Assembly (NCBI GenBank): GCA_002774875.1
Contig: PCYM01000001.1
Coordinates: 182,153-246,152 of the forward strand
Direction: 5' to 3'
From: Candidatus Uhrbacteria bacterium CG10_big_fil_rev_8_21_14_0_10_50_16
GTDB lineage: Bacteria > Patescibacteriota > Patescibacteriia > UBA9934 > UBA11717
Length of the DNA stretch: 64,000 nt
Made by a program: the position numbers and the translations under genes
Part shown: positions 48,527-57,774 of the stretch, piece by piece
Layout of the letters: the number at the start of each line of letters is the position of its first letter
Position numbering within the stretch: the first letter of the stretch is position 1
Notes under the pieces: generated by a model
The model's database searches: none
Told to the model about the DNA's origin: nothing
Seen by the model: the letters and a program-made list of their open reading frames with translations, nothing else

Positions 48527-49870
48527 TCAACCACGTTGATGATTCTTTTTCCACTCGTTGAGAATGTCGGTGGTTCCATGCCCCAAGAACCGAAGGAAGT
48601 CGTGCTCAATGGCATTCTTTTCTGCAATCATACCGTAGACCATGGCACTCGTGCGAGGTGTTCGCTTCATGGTCGTGCGATCAACCTCGATAAGTCCAAA
48701 CGTAGGCGCAAATCCTTTTGCCCATTCAAAGTTATCCAACAAAGACCAGTGAAAGTACCCGCGCACGTCGGCACCTTCCTGTACGGCGTAGTACAGCTGC
48801 ATCAAAAATCCCACAATCACCCGGATACGCTTGTCGTCGTTGGTCGTCGCTAACCCATTCTCCGTAATATAGATCGGTTTTTTGTAACTCGCCATGTCCA
48901 TACAGACATCAAATATTCCATGGGGAAATAATTCCCAGCCAATGTCAGACGATTCAAACTGCGCACTTTGTGAATTCTCCACCGGCCCTTTACGCTTTAA
49001 AAAATCCCACGCACTTTTGAGTCTAAAGTGAAAATAATAGTTGAGCCCCAAAAAGTCGTGCGTGCGCATGCCACTGACATAGTAGAACACGTGATTCATG
49101 CCGCGATCGATCGCCGCTGCTGCCACATGATCCACAAAACTATGCTTGCGGTAAATGGTCATGGAGGAGACATTGTTGGCAATCCCGACCTGTGTTGTTC
49201 TATTGCGTGCACGCGCCCACGCATGAATCAGTTTGTACGCTGCTCTGTGACACCGTGTCTGCCACCACACCACCTTGGCCGCCTTGTAATAGCTCCGTCG
49301 TTGCGGAGGCCACTCCAAAAAAACATACCCCTGCAGCACATAGACCATCGGCTCGTTGATTGTGCACCATAGGTCGACAAACTCCCCGAGCTCCTCACAC
49401 ACCTTTTCTACAAATCGTGTGTAGTATTTAACCACTTTATGTGTCTCCCAACCTCCCTCGTCCATCAACCATTGCGGGTTGGTAAAGTGATGCAACGTCA
49501 ACATAATTTGCAAACCCTGGTTTTTGGCCTCTGAAAGCAGATCACGATAGTGCGCAAACGCCTCCCCGTCCCATGTTCCCTCGCTCGGCTCCAAACGTGA
49601 CCATTCCACACTCATCCGATAGGCGTTGTTGTGCAGATGATCTTTTGCAAGCGCAAAATCTTCCTTGTAGTGATTCCAATGATCCACCGCACTCCCAGAC
49701 GTTGTACCGTCGGCAATGTGTCCGCCTTCTTGCTCCCACTTCCACCAGTCGGCGTTTTTATTTCCGCCTTCAATTTGATACGAGCTCGTTCCCGTGCCCC
49801 ACAAAAACCCCTCCGGGAATTGACGGGGTTCGTAATGGAGATCCTTTGTGCGCTCACTCATGAGTCCCAT
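48527..49870 (-). CDS. GH1 beta-glucosidase
   Basis: FLWGTGTSSYQIEGG, TLHHF.P, ITENG catalytic nucleophile. Confidence 0.85.
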   Translation of the reverse strand: MGLMSERTKDLHYEPRQFPEGFLWGTGTSSYQIEGGNKNADWWKWEQEGGHIADGTTSGSAVDHWNHYKEDFALAKDHLHNNAYRMSVEWSRLEPSEGTWDGEAFAHYRDLLSEAKNQGLQIMLTLHHFTNPQWLMDEGGWETHKVVKYYTRFVEKVCEELGEFVDLWCTINEPMVYVLQGYVFLEWPPQRRSYYKAAKVVWWQTRCHRAAYKLIHAWARARNRTTQVGIANNVSSMTIYRKHSFVDHVAAAAIDRGMNHVFYYVSGMRTHDFLGLNYYFHFRLKSAWDFLKRKGPVENSQSAQFESSDIGWELFPHGIFDVCMDMASYKKPIYITENGLATTNDDKRIRVIVGFLMQLYYAVQEGADVRGYFHWSLLDNFEWAKGFAPTFGLIEVDRTTMKRTPRTSAMVYGMIAEKNAIEHDFLRFLGHGTTDILNEWKKNHQRG

Positions 49871-49871
49871 A

Positions 49872-50885
49872 CTACCAGCGAATTGTACGTGCAGCCTCCC
49901 ACAACTCAGGGTGCCCCACTTGTCTTAATGCCAACCACCATTCCACACCCCAGACCATCACCTCGTCCATTCCAACCTGATTTGCATAGTCGACATTTTT
50001 CCGTAAATCGTCCGCAGAAAAAATATCAACTTGTTCTTGAGGCGAGTACGTTTGAATGGACCGCTCAAACCACGGCTCCATCTGAAGTTCTGATATCACC
50101 ACATGCGCCGGGCGCACAAGCCATGCCTTGGCTCGGTACATCCACGGAGGAATTGGGTATGTCGTGTAACCAATCCCCTTTGTAAACGTCGTACGATACA
50201 CGGACACGCCAATTGTATCAGACAGCTTGGCCACGCGATTCCACAGTTCCAACTCACCGCTTGCCGTAAGCTGCACCGGATGGCTTGGATCAATACGACG
50301 CACCAACGCAACCTCGTCTGATAACGTTGCAAGCGTTTCCCCGTCCCCACACTCCCCGAAGGCTCTAAAAAATGGTTCGTTTTCCACTTGCCAACGCAAG
50401 AGCGATGAACTGTTTTTGTAGCGTGTCACGGTCTGCTCAACAAATGTCAATTGTGCATGTATTTGATCCTCGGTCGACAACGCATTAATCCATGCGGGCA
50501 CAAAGCACTCGGGCCATCGCGGAACACGGCGACCGACCACCAACACAACATCTGCCCCATGTTCTTCGGCAAGTTGCATAAGCGCGTCCATCTCACTCCA
50601 ATCATAGCTGTTCTGTTGTGCCTCAACGCGATCCCAATACACAGGGATACGAAGCAGAGAAATACCAAGATCCTCCATAGATTCCCGCAGTCCATCCACC
50701 GGGTCCACGCCAATATATTCCGCGTACTGTGCCGACCACGTGGCGCCGTAGCGAATCTTATCTGTCTCAACACGTCGAGGAAGCACAAACGGTCCGCCAG
50801 CAAGAACAAGGATCAACGCAACGCCGATCCCGAGAATGATTCTTGTGAACCGTTTTTTTGTGTTTGTGTGCATTCCTCCAGTCAA
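49872..50885 (-). CDS. membrane-anchored GH5-like (cellulase superfamily) glycoside hydrolase
   Basis: N-terminal TM; TIM-barrel glycosidase NEP motif (WQVENEPF). Confidence 0.5.
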   Translation of the reverse strand: MTGGMHTNTKKRFTRIILGIGVALILVLAGGPFVLPRRVETDKIRYGATWSAQYAEYIGVDPVDGLRESMEDLGISLLRIPVYWDRVEAQQNSYDWSEMDALMQLAEEHGADVVLVVGRRVPRWPECFVPAWINALSTEDQIHAQLTFVEQTVTRYKNSSSLLRWQVENEPFFRAFGECGDGETLATLSDEVALVRRIDPSHPVQLTASGELELWNRVAKLSDTIGVSVYRTTFTKGIGYTTYPIPPWMYRAKAWLVRPAHVVISELQMEPWFERSIQTYSPQEQVDIFSADDLRKNVDYANQVGMDEVMVWGVEWWLALRQVGHPELWEAARTIRW

Positions 50886-50894
50886 GATAACCTA

Positions 50895-52604
50895 CTATTC
50901 AATTTCTTCTTTTTGGGCCTTCACAAACGCGATCCACCCTTCCACAAGCTCAATAGCAAGTTTGATTGGTGCCTCGGCAACGTAATCCAAGAAAAAGGCA
51001 AACACATTCAACTTACTTGCACGCAACGTCATCCAACGGCCGGCGCGAGTAATCGGCAACAGAAAGAAATCAAACAGTGTTCCAAACACACTTCCTTGCC
51101 GTTCCACAACCAATAATTCCAATGTGCTCTGACGAATCCGCAATCCAAAGAACGTCACCAACGAGAAGAAGAGTAAGAACAACATCACGGACACCACATT
51201 AAAGGAGAGGACCACTGCCAAGAACCAGGCAAGGAATCCGTAACTCACCACGTAGGTCAACAAGTACAGCGTCGTAAAGAACCGTCCAAGTGCACCCTGC
51301 GTCCAGGGCTTGCGAATCTTAAACACCACGCCCAATGCTTGATCTTTTCCACTCAACACCGCCTTTACAAACGTGAGCAGTTGCGCCGTGTTGCGCTTTG
51401 CAGGAATGGTAAGCGTTGTGCCAATGAGCGCCAAGAAAAACGGATGGAATAGGATATTGATCGCTAACGATGTCTGGTTGATGTGCTGCAGCGCAAAGAA
51501 TTCATACGGAACCTCAATAATCAACGCCAACAACATTTTTGTAATAAACAAGAACAGCACGGCACGAGCCACCGTACGCGTGCGGCGTTTCTTAAATCGA
51601 TCGTAACGCGCGTAGGCTACATTGCGGACGGCCGTCGCAAGACGATCATCGTCCCGTGCCACTTCTGCAAAGTCTTTATGTTTCTCAATGAGGTCATGCA
51701 AGGTCCAAAACACAAACGTAAACCGCCGCATGTAGCGGAACAGTTGATCGGCTAATGGATGCTGAATCTGTCCATCAATTGCCTTCATGATTTTAGGCAA
51801 CTTGTGGGCGACGTCGTCAATTTCCGCCTGCGTGGCTTTTCCCCAATGCGGGAAGTACAACAACATAACTCGGTAGCGGAGCGATCCAAGATTAGACTTC
51901 AATAACGAACGGTGGATTGCGATATAAATGAGCAAATCCTTTTGCTTATCATCGATCTTCCCAGCCTCCCACACCAACTCGCGCCTGACGCGATCAAACA
52001 TAAAGTTTGCCAGCGCCTCATTCCCCTTTGGTGGGTGTAACAAATATTCAATTTCTGTAGAGATGACGTCAAACAGCCACTCCTCCATGTCGTTTTGCTC
52101 GTCACTGTTCTGTGGAATGACGGCAAATAGGCGATCGTATTTTTGAATCACCTTTTCCACCGTGTCGATCATCTCAATCGGCACCTGCTTGTTGGGAAGA
52201 TACTTGGCCCAAATCAACTCACGCAACACCAATTCTCCGCGTGAGATGCCGTGTTGATCGATTCCCTGAATCCGACGTTGCAAAATACGACGAATCGCAT
52301 TACGTCGCACCAAATGTTCTTCCTCGTACTCCACCGCGCGCCGTACCTTCTCGTAGGCAGATCCGGCCGTGCGACTTGTTTTACTCACCGTTATTTTTTC
52401 TCCATCTTCCGGCCACTCCTGCGTGGAGTGAATCGCCGATATGAGGTGCTTTACATGTTCCATAGTGAGGATAGTATAACATGGCGAGCAAAAGACTGCG
52501 GATATCTCCGTCTCCTTTCGTTCCCTCTTATTATTGGTTGTATACAAAAAGGCATGTCTCCATGCCCTTTGTTCAGTTGTTTGTAAATCGTGTGTGGAGG
52601 GCAA
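50895..52604 (-). CDS. hypothetical polytopic membrane protein
   Basis: 569-aa ORF (true start may be MEHVKHLI at about 52463), soluble N-domain plus about 8 TM helices. Confidence 0.45.
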   Translation of the reverse strand: MPSTHDLQTTEQRAWRHAFLYTTNNKRERKETEISAVFCSPCYTILTMEHVKHLISAIHSTQEWPEDGEKITVSKTSRTAGSAYEKVRRAVEYEEEHLVRRNAIRRILQRRIQGIDQHGISRGELVLRELIWAKYLPNKQVPIEMIDTVEKVIQKYDRLFAVIPQNSDEQNDMEEWLFDVISTEIEYLLHPPKGNEALANFMFDRVRRELVWEAGKIDDKQKDLLIYIAIHRSLLKSNLGSLRYRVMLLYFPHWGKATQAEIDDVAHKLPKIMKAIDGQIQHPLADQLFRYMRRFTFVFWTLHDLIEKHKDFAEVARDDDRLATAVRNVAYARYDRFKKRRTRTVARAVLFLFITKMLLALIIEVPYEFFALQHINQTSLAINILFHPFFLALIGTTLTIPAKRNTAQLLTFVKAVLSGKDQALGVVFKIRKPWTQGALGRFFTTLYLLTYVVSYGFLAWFLAVVLSFNVVSVMLFLLFFSLVTFFGLRIRQSTLELLVVERQGSVFGTLFDFFLLPITRAGRWMTLRASKLNVFAFFLDYVAEAPIKLAIELVEGWIAFVKAQKEEIE

Positions 52605-53241
52605 TCGCTACAGCGTGACCCACATTCAGTGATTCAAGTGCCTCCTTGTGGCTAATCGACACCGACGTTCCCTCAACCGGTAGTTGTAATCCGTTCCCTT
52701 CACTTCCCACCACCAAGACAATCTCCTTTTGCTCGTTGAGGCCGTTTAACGACGTTCCGCCTTTTTCTAATCGATACACCGGTCGTCCAAGCTGCTCGAT
52801 CACCGTGAGTGCTTCTGGCCGTGACACAACCACCCAAGGGACCTGGAACAAGGCACCGACAGACGATCGCACCACCTTTGGATTGGTGACATCCACGGAA
52901 TCAATCAACAGCACAGCACCGTCAAATCCCAAGCAAAGTCGCAAAATCGCTCCCACATTCCCAGGATCTTGTACGCCATCTAGTACAAGGATCGTTGAAG
53001 CGTTTTTAACGTCCTCCAAACTCCACTCGGGGATTCGCGCCATCGCGGCATGATCTTGAGGAGTATCGGTCGTCACCAACCCATCAAACTCCAACACGTC
53101 ACCTCGTGTAAAACGCGTGACCACGGCGTCTCCCGCTAGGGCGATCACCTTTTCCCCCTCCACTAAACAGAGACCGTGTTTTGCACGTCCTTTTTTGGTC
53201 TGCAGCGACCGAACAATTTTTTCTTGGGCATTGCTTAGCAT
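52573..53241 (-). CDS. TrmH-family rRNA 2'-O-methyltransferase (RlmB-like)
   Basis: VLDGVQDPGNVGAILR, VLVVGSEGNGL SPOUT motifs; start at MLSNAQEKIVRSL avoids overlap. Confidence 0.7.
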   Translation of the reverse strand: MLSNAQEKIVRSLQTKKGRAKHGLCLVEGEKVIALAGDAVVTRFTRGDVLEFDGLVTTDTPQDHAAMARIPEWSLEDVKNASTILVLDGVQDPGNVGAILRLCLGFDGAVLLIDSVDVTNPKVVRSSVGALFQVPWVVVSRPEALTVIEQLGRPVYRLEKGGTSLNGLNEQKEIVLVVGSEGNGLQLPVEGTSVSISHKEALESLNVGHAVAIALHTRFTNN

Positions 53242-53299
53242 AGTGGGAGGACCTAACCACATATCCTGCGATCCGTCAACCGGGGATCTCTGTGGACAA

Positions 53300-53653
53300 C
53301 TAGCCGTCCTTACGGAATTTAACGGAAAATGAGGGGACCCAGCGTTGATCGGCTTTATCCACAACCTCCACCTGTTCCTTGGCGAGGTACATGTTAAGCG
53401 ACAAATCTGAGAGGAGTTCTTGCAAACTCATGATCTCCAGCTTGAGATCGTCCAAGCGTTGTGCATCTTTGAGCGCGTGCGATTTAACTTCGTTCTCAAT
53501 GCTCTTCTTTTTTTCACGAAGAATCTTCATTTCTTCTGTGACTTTATTGTATTCCGCGTTATGTGAGAGCTCATCCTTAATGGTTTTGCTCAAATCGCGG
53601 CGTTCCATTTTTACGTCTAAAAGGTCGTTATAGGTTTCTTGTAATCGAGACAT
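53300..53653 (-). CDS. hypothetical coiled-coil protein
   Basis: 117 aa, heptad-rich K/E sequence. Confidence 0.4.
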   Translation of the reverse strand: MSRLQETYNDLLDVKMERRDLSKTIKDELSHNAEYNKVTEEMKILREKKKSIENEVKSHALKDAQRLDDLKLEIMSLQELLSDLSLNMYLAKEQVEVVDKADQRWVPSFSVKFRKDG

Positions 53654-53768
53654 ACAAAAGGGTTATGTGCGCGCCATTGTATCACAATGTTCTTCTTGCA
53701 CGGTTGACAGTCTCACAAAAAATAGGTACAACCTCTGTACTGATCAAAGATATCAGTGGAGAACAGGT

Positions 53769-54290
53769 ATGGAAGATGGTAAGGATTTCTATTTTGAGAG
53801 CGTGATCATTCACGTGGGAGACAAGACGGTGGAGCTGGAGCATGTGCACAGCACCAACAGGCGGTTGCAACGGCTCATGGAGCAGGGTTACGACATAGCC
53901 GCATCGCTCGAGTTCACGGTGGACCCGAATAATCAGGTGGCGACCCAGCTGGGTCTACTGCAGTACCTGCCTGACCCGCGGCAGACGGAGGTCGCGGAAC
54001 CCGAGGTGGGCACTCAACCCGTCGACCTCGCCAACACCGGATTCACGCAAGAACAAGTGAACCTCCTCAACACCCCGGTTAGTGAGCTCCCCCAGATCTT
54101 CGTCGTCCAAGAAATTGTGAGCCTGGCTAGTCGCCATCTGACGCGTCTTCACCACGTAGTGGTGGGCGGTGGACCGAGGTCCCTGAGCCTTTCTGAGGCG
54201 ACAGAGACCAGATATCAGAACTTGCTCAACGCGCACGGCCTGAAGATCTATTCGCCACTTTCGAGCATTGAGGACCTCCTCCTCGTCTAG
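53769..54290 (+). CDS. GC-rich ORFan protein, 173 aa (cassette D)
   Basis: about 57% GC. Promoter TTGACA(53712-53717)-17-TACAAC, Shine-Dalgarno GGAGAA, 6 nt, then ATG (MEDGKDFYFE..). Terminator GAGCCCGcaccactggtgtCGGGCTC+AAACATTTTTC (54306-54342). Confidence 0.55.
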   Translation: MEDGKDFYFESVIIHVGDKTVELEHVHSTNRRLQRLMEQGYDIAASLEFTVDPNNQVATQLGLLQYLPDPRQTEVAEPEVGTQPVDLANTGFTQEQVNLLNTPVSELPQIFVVQEIVSLASRHLTRLHHVVVGGGPRSLSLSEATETRYQNLLNAHGLKIYSPLSSIEDLLLV

Positions 54291-54305
54291 CAGCCCCTAC
54301 AACAA

Positions 54306-54342
54306 GAGCCCGCACCACTGGTGTCGGGCTCAAACATTTTTC
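54306..54342 (+). terminator. terminator of cassette D
   Basis: GAGCCCG/CGGGCTC hairpin plus T-run. Confidence 0.65.
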
Positions 54343-54356
54343 AACCGTTCCTCTGT

Positions 54357-54782
54357 TTAACGTGCGCGATAGGGGTAGGCTTTTCTAAAATCATCCTCGG
54401 TTCCCTCTACCCCATCCTTCCCCGCGGAAACCAATTGAATCATGGTTGCATCCGTCTCGGGTGTCACAAGGTGAATGGACTGCGTAAACGTATCCGTGGT
54501 TGGATACGCGTCCCCCGTGAGCGTCTGCCACTCCACAAAACGCTGCGTCAGGCTCACCGAAGCATCCGTATCGTACTCGTGTTCAAAGACCCACGTCATA
54601 AACCCATCGGCCACTTGATCAAACACCGTCTGCGTCAGCGACCCATCGATTCCCACAAACGCGCTGTCCTGCGTGGTATCCACCGTTTTATTACTCACCA
54701 AACCACCCGACACGCACCCCGCGCCCAGCACGAGTGTAAGCATACCAAGCATCCCTATCTGCAACAGAGGTTTATTCACCAT
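54357..54782 (-). CDS. hypothetical lipoprotein
   Basis: Signal peptide with lipobox LVLGAGC; 141 aa. Confidence 0.45.
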   Translation of the reverse strand: MVNKPLLQIGMLGMLTLVLGAGCVSGGLVSNKTVDTTQDSAFVGIDGSLTQTVFDQVADGFMTWVFEHEYDTDASVSLTQRFVEWQTLTGDAYPTTDTFTQSIHLVTPETDATMIQLVSAGKDGVEGTEDDFRKAYPYRAR

Positions 54783-56343
54783 AAAGTAATTGAGCGGCGG
54801 CAGGCGCCATTTGATAATTAGAATGAGCTACACCTGGGACCACCTGAAACGTCCAGTTAAACAACAACCCATTATCCATTGCAAATTGTCTCGCAGCGTT
54901 ATAAAAGTTTGTCGCACGTTCAACGCGTTGAGATCCCTGTAACTTGGCGGCAGCTGATTTTGATAAGTTTTCCGCATTTGGGTCCGTGTCCTCCGATCCA
55001 ACAATGACTTGCATTGGGACGGAAAACGATTGTGCCAAACGATCGTGATCAAAAAACGCTTCTCCAAATCCCGCAGGATAGGTCTGACCATAGTCTGGCC
55101 ACAGATACCAACCCGAGCTCGCTGCAATCACGCGTCTGACCTTTGCGTAAGGCTTGGCAAAAATAGCACGATGAACGAGTTGTCCACCACCAGAAAACCC
55201 AAATAAATCATAGAGTTGCTCCGTACTGTTCGATGTGGCAATAACCTGATCGAAAATCGCATCAAACATCGTTGCATACCAATAATTCTCTGGGAGAGCC
55301 ATACGGCTGCTCGTATAAATGTTTCCGTAAGGGTATTGATACCCCGAGGTATACACATCGGCTGGGAAATGAGGAAGCAATAACACAAAACCGTATTGTT
55401 CAGCATAGGGGACCCAACTAGACCTATACCCCTCAACAGCTCGACTTGCCCCATGAATAACAAACAAGATCGGAGCATCCTGTGGTAATCCCGCAGGGCG
55501 ATACGTGTAAACGGTCATTGGAATTGTAGGATTTATTGAAGGGTCCTGAAAAACAAATGAGCCGTATCCTTCTGGAATCAAAGAAGAAATGAGCGATATC
55601 TCTCCTTGTTCAAGCGGGATCTGCTCGCCGGCAACGGGCGCATGATCCACAACAGGCGCAAATAATTGTGCTGCATCTACAACCTCATCAACATGTCCCG
55701 TCATTACCTGTCCAATAGCCCGTGTAGGTGTAATAGTATCCGTCCAAATTCTCAAATCCGAACGCAAAGCATTTGCCGTGATCGCCGCTGCCGTCAACAA
55801 ATGTTTCTCCCCATTCCACACCATCCACGGATCACCACCGTTTGTGTAGACCAATCCGTTATACCCTTGGGATACATTCTCCGTAGTAATTGCCTCACCT
55901 ACGTGGTAATTCAAAAAAAACGTGTCAGGGACATCTCGTACGCGCGATTGCCACTGGTACGTGCCCGAAAGTTGTTGCGCCACCTGCTCACTCTCAATCC
56001 ATCGAATCTCGCCACCCTGCCCAACCGCATATACTTTTGGCAATGATTGAATTTTAATCCAGTACGTTCCGGGTCGATAAACAATATTCGCTCTTAATGG
56101 CAATGCAGCCATCTGAGATTGAGAGATAATGGTAACAGCAGAAAAATCTTGATACCAAGAGAAAAATACTTGTTCGTCTGGGAACGCGTGCCGGTTTCCC
56201 TGTGTATCAACGTAGTACACAGCGGATGCCTGCTCCGTTTTAACAAGCGATTGTGGAGCAATAGCCAAACTTGCATGCACAAATAGAGAGGAAGCTAGCA
56301 TTAATCCAAAACTCAATAAGCCCAGTGAGACGCAACGCTGCAT
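54772..56343 (-). CDS. secreted alpha/beta-hydrolase (esterase/PHB-depolymerase-like) with N-terminal extra domain
   Basis: Signal peptide; GxSxG nucleophile elbow LFGFSGGGQL in C-terminal half. Confidence 0.6.
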   Translation of the reverse strand: MQRCVSLGLLSFGLMLASSLFVHASLAIAPQSLVKTEQASAVYYVDTQGNRHAFPDEQVFFSWYQDFSAVTIISQSQMAALPLRANIVYRPGTYWIKIQSLPKVYAVGQGGEIRWIESEQVAQQLSGTYQWQSRVRDVPDTFFLNYHVGEAITTENVSQGYNGLVYTNGGDPWMVWNGEKHLLTAAAITANALRSDLRIWTDTITPTRAIGQVMTGHVDEVVDAAQLFAPVVDHAPVAGEQIPLEQGEISLISSLIPEGYGSFVFQDPSINPTIPMTVYTYRPAGLPQDAPILFVIHGASRAVEGYRSSWVPYAEQYGFVLLLPHFPADVYTSGYQYPYGNIYTSSRMALPENYWYATMFDAIFDQVIATSNSTEQLYDLFGFSGGGQLVHRAIFAKPYAKVRRVIAASSGWYLWPDYGQTYPAGFGEAFFDHDRLAQSFSVPMQVIVGSEDTDPNAENLSKSAAAKLQGSQRVERATNFYNAARQFAMDNGLLFNWTFQVVPGVAHSNYQMAPAAAQLLYGE

Positions 56344-56409
56344 AGTTTATCGTTTGCCCACATGATATCATGGCATAGACAGATCTTCCAATCCTGCTAA
56401 TCTCCTGTT

Positions 56410-57774
56410 ATGCAAACATTTTCCAACAAAACATTCACCTTTGTCTCCTACGCATTTGAAACAACAACCGGTGTCATTACCCTTTTGTATGATTTGAACG
56501 GCGATACCTACAAGGAGCGCATCACTGTGCCAATGAGCGATATCAATATGGACTGCGTCCCCCAGGAAGATCTTGATCGCGCACTTTTCTCTCTGCACCT
56601 CATGGTTGGAATCGGCTATTGGAAAACGTACTGCCCAAAAAACATCGTCATTCAAAGCGGCCAACTCACCCGCACACAGGCGCATTTTTGGAACACCGTC
56701 TACACCAACGGGCTTGGTGAATTGTATTACAAAAACGACATCGACTTTCGCGATCAAGTACATTTTCCCTACAATAAAGACTTGGAGGCACTCGTTCCAC
56801 AGGGCAGCAACGAGCGTAAGGAGCATGTATTGGTCCCCTTTGGTGGCGGAAAGGACTCCGTGGTGACGGCCGAGCTCATGCGCAAGCTCGGATTTACTGT
56901 GACCCTTTTCTCCATTCAAGACGCGGCACCAATCCAAGACGCCGCCCGTGTTTTTGACGCCCCACACGTGATTGTCGACAGAGCACTGGATCCAAACATC
57001 GTTGATCCCACCTCTGCCGTGCGCACAGACCCACAGGCGTTTAACGGTCACGTACCCATTAGTGCTATCTGGTCCATGATCACCGTTGTGACCGCAATCC
57101 TCCATGGTGCTACAGATATCGTGTACTCCTGGGAGCGGTCTGCATCGGAGGGAAACTTGGAGTATCTCGGCATGGAGATCAACCATCAGTGGAGCAAGTC
57201 GTTGGCATTTGAACGCTCACTCCAAGCCTACGTAGATACATTCATTACCAAACGCACACGCATCTATAGCCTTGTACGACCATTGAGTGAATTTCATATC
57301 GTGCAGCTCTTTACGCGCTATCCGCAGTATTTTGATTCTTTCTCGAGCTGTAATCGCAACTACACGCAGGAGGCCATTGCCAATCACGCGCCGACGTTTT
57401 GGTGCAATCAGTGCCCAAAATGTGCGTTTATTTTCTCGCAACTCAATGCGTTTTTGCCGCACACACAGGTGGTAAACATCTTCGGCGAAGACATGTTTGC
57501 CAATGACAACTTACTTGATCTCTACCGCGAGCTCCTAGGGATTCAGGGAAACAAGCCATTTGAGTGTGTCGGTGAGGCTAAAGAGGTGGTTGCCGCTATG
57601 GAACTTGCCTACCGTCGCGCCGATGCAAACGACGCACCTGTCATGCAACTCTATGCGGGTGAAGTACGAGACACCGTTGAGGATCATGATGCCGTAATCC
57701 AAGACTTGCTCACGCCAAGCACGGATCATGCGGTTCCATCTGACATCGTTGCACGCGTGGATTATGCGGCTTAA
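56410..57774 (+). CDS. PP-loop ATP pyrophosphatase-family protein; candidate UDP-MurNAc-L-Ala-L-Glu epimerase MurL
   Basis: SGGxDS-type PP-loop VPFGGGKDSVV, C-terminal Cys cluster WCNQCPKC. Overlaps and is co-oriented with a MurD-like ligase gene. Confidence 0.5.
   Translation: MQTFSNKTFTFVSYAFETTTGVITLLYDLNGDTYKERITVPMSDINMDCVPQEDLDRALFSLHLMVGIGYWKTYCPKNIVIQSGQLTRTQAHFWNTVYTNGLGELYYKNDIDFRDQVHFPYNKDLEALVPQGSNERKEHVLVPFGGGKDSVVTAELMRKLGFTVTLFSIQDAAPIQDAARVFDAPHVIVDRALDPNIVDPTSAVRTDPQAFNGHVPISAIWSMITVVTAILHGATDIVYSWERSASEGNLEYLGMEINHQWSKSLAFERSLQAYVDTFITKRTRIYSLVRPLSEFHIVQLFTRYPQYFDSFSSCNRNYTQEAIANHAPTFWCNQCPKCAFIFSQLNAFLPHTQVVNIFGEDMFANDNLLDLYRELLGIQGNKPFECVGEAKEVVAAMELAYRRADANDAPVMQLYAGEVRDTVEDHDAVIQDLLTPSTDHAVPSDIVARVDYAA

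Noticed and set aside
56368-57186. 272-aa ORF antisense to the murL-like gene
   Set aside because: It lies fully inside a better-supported plus-strand gene and has no motifs.
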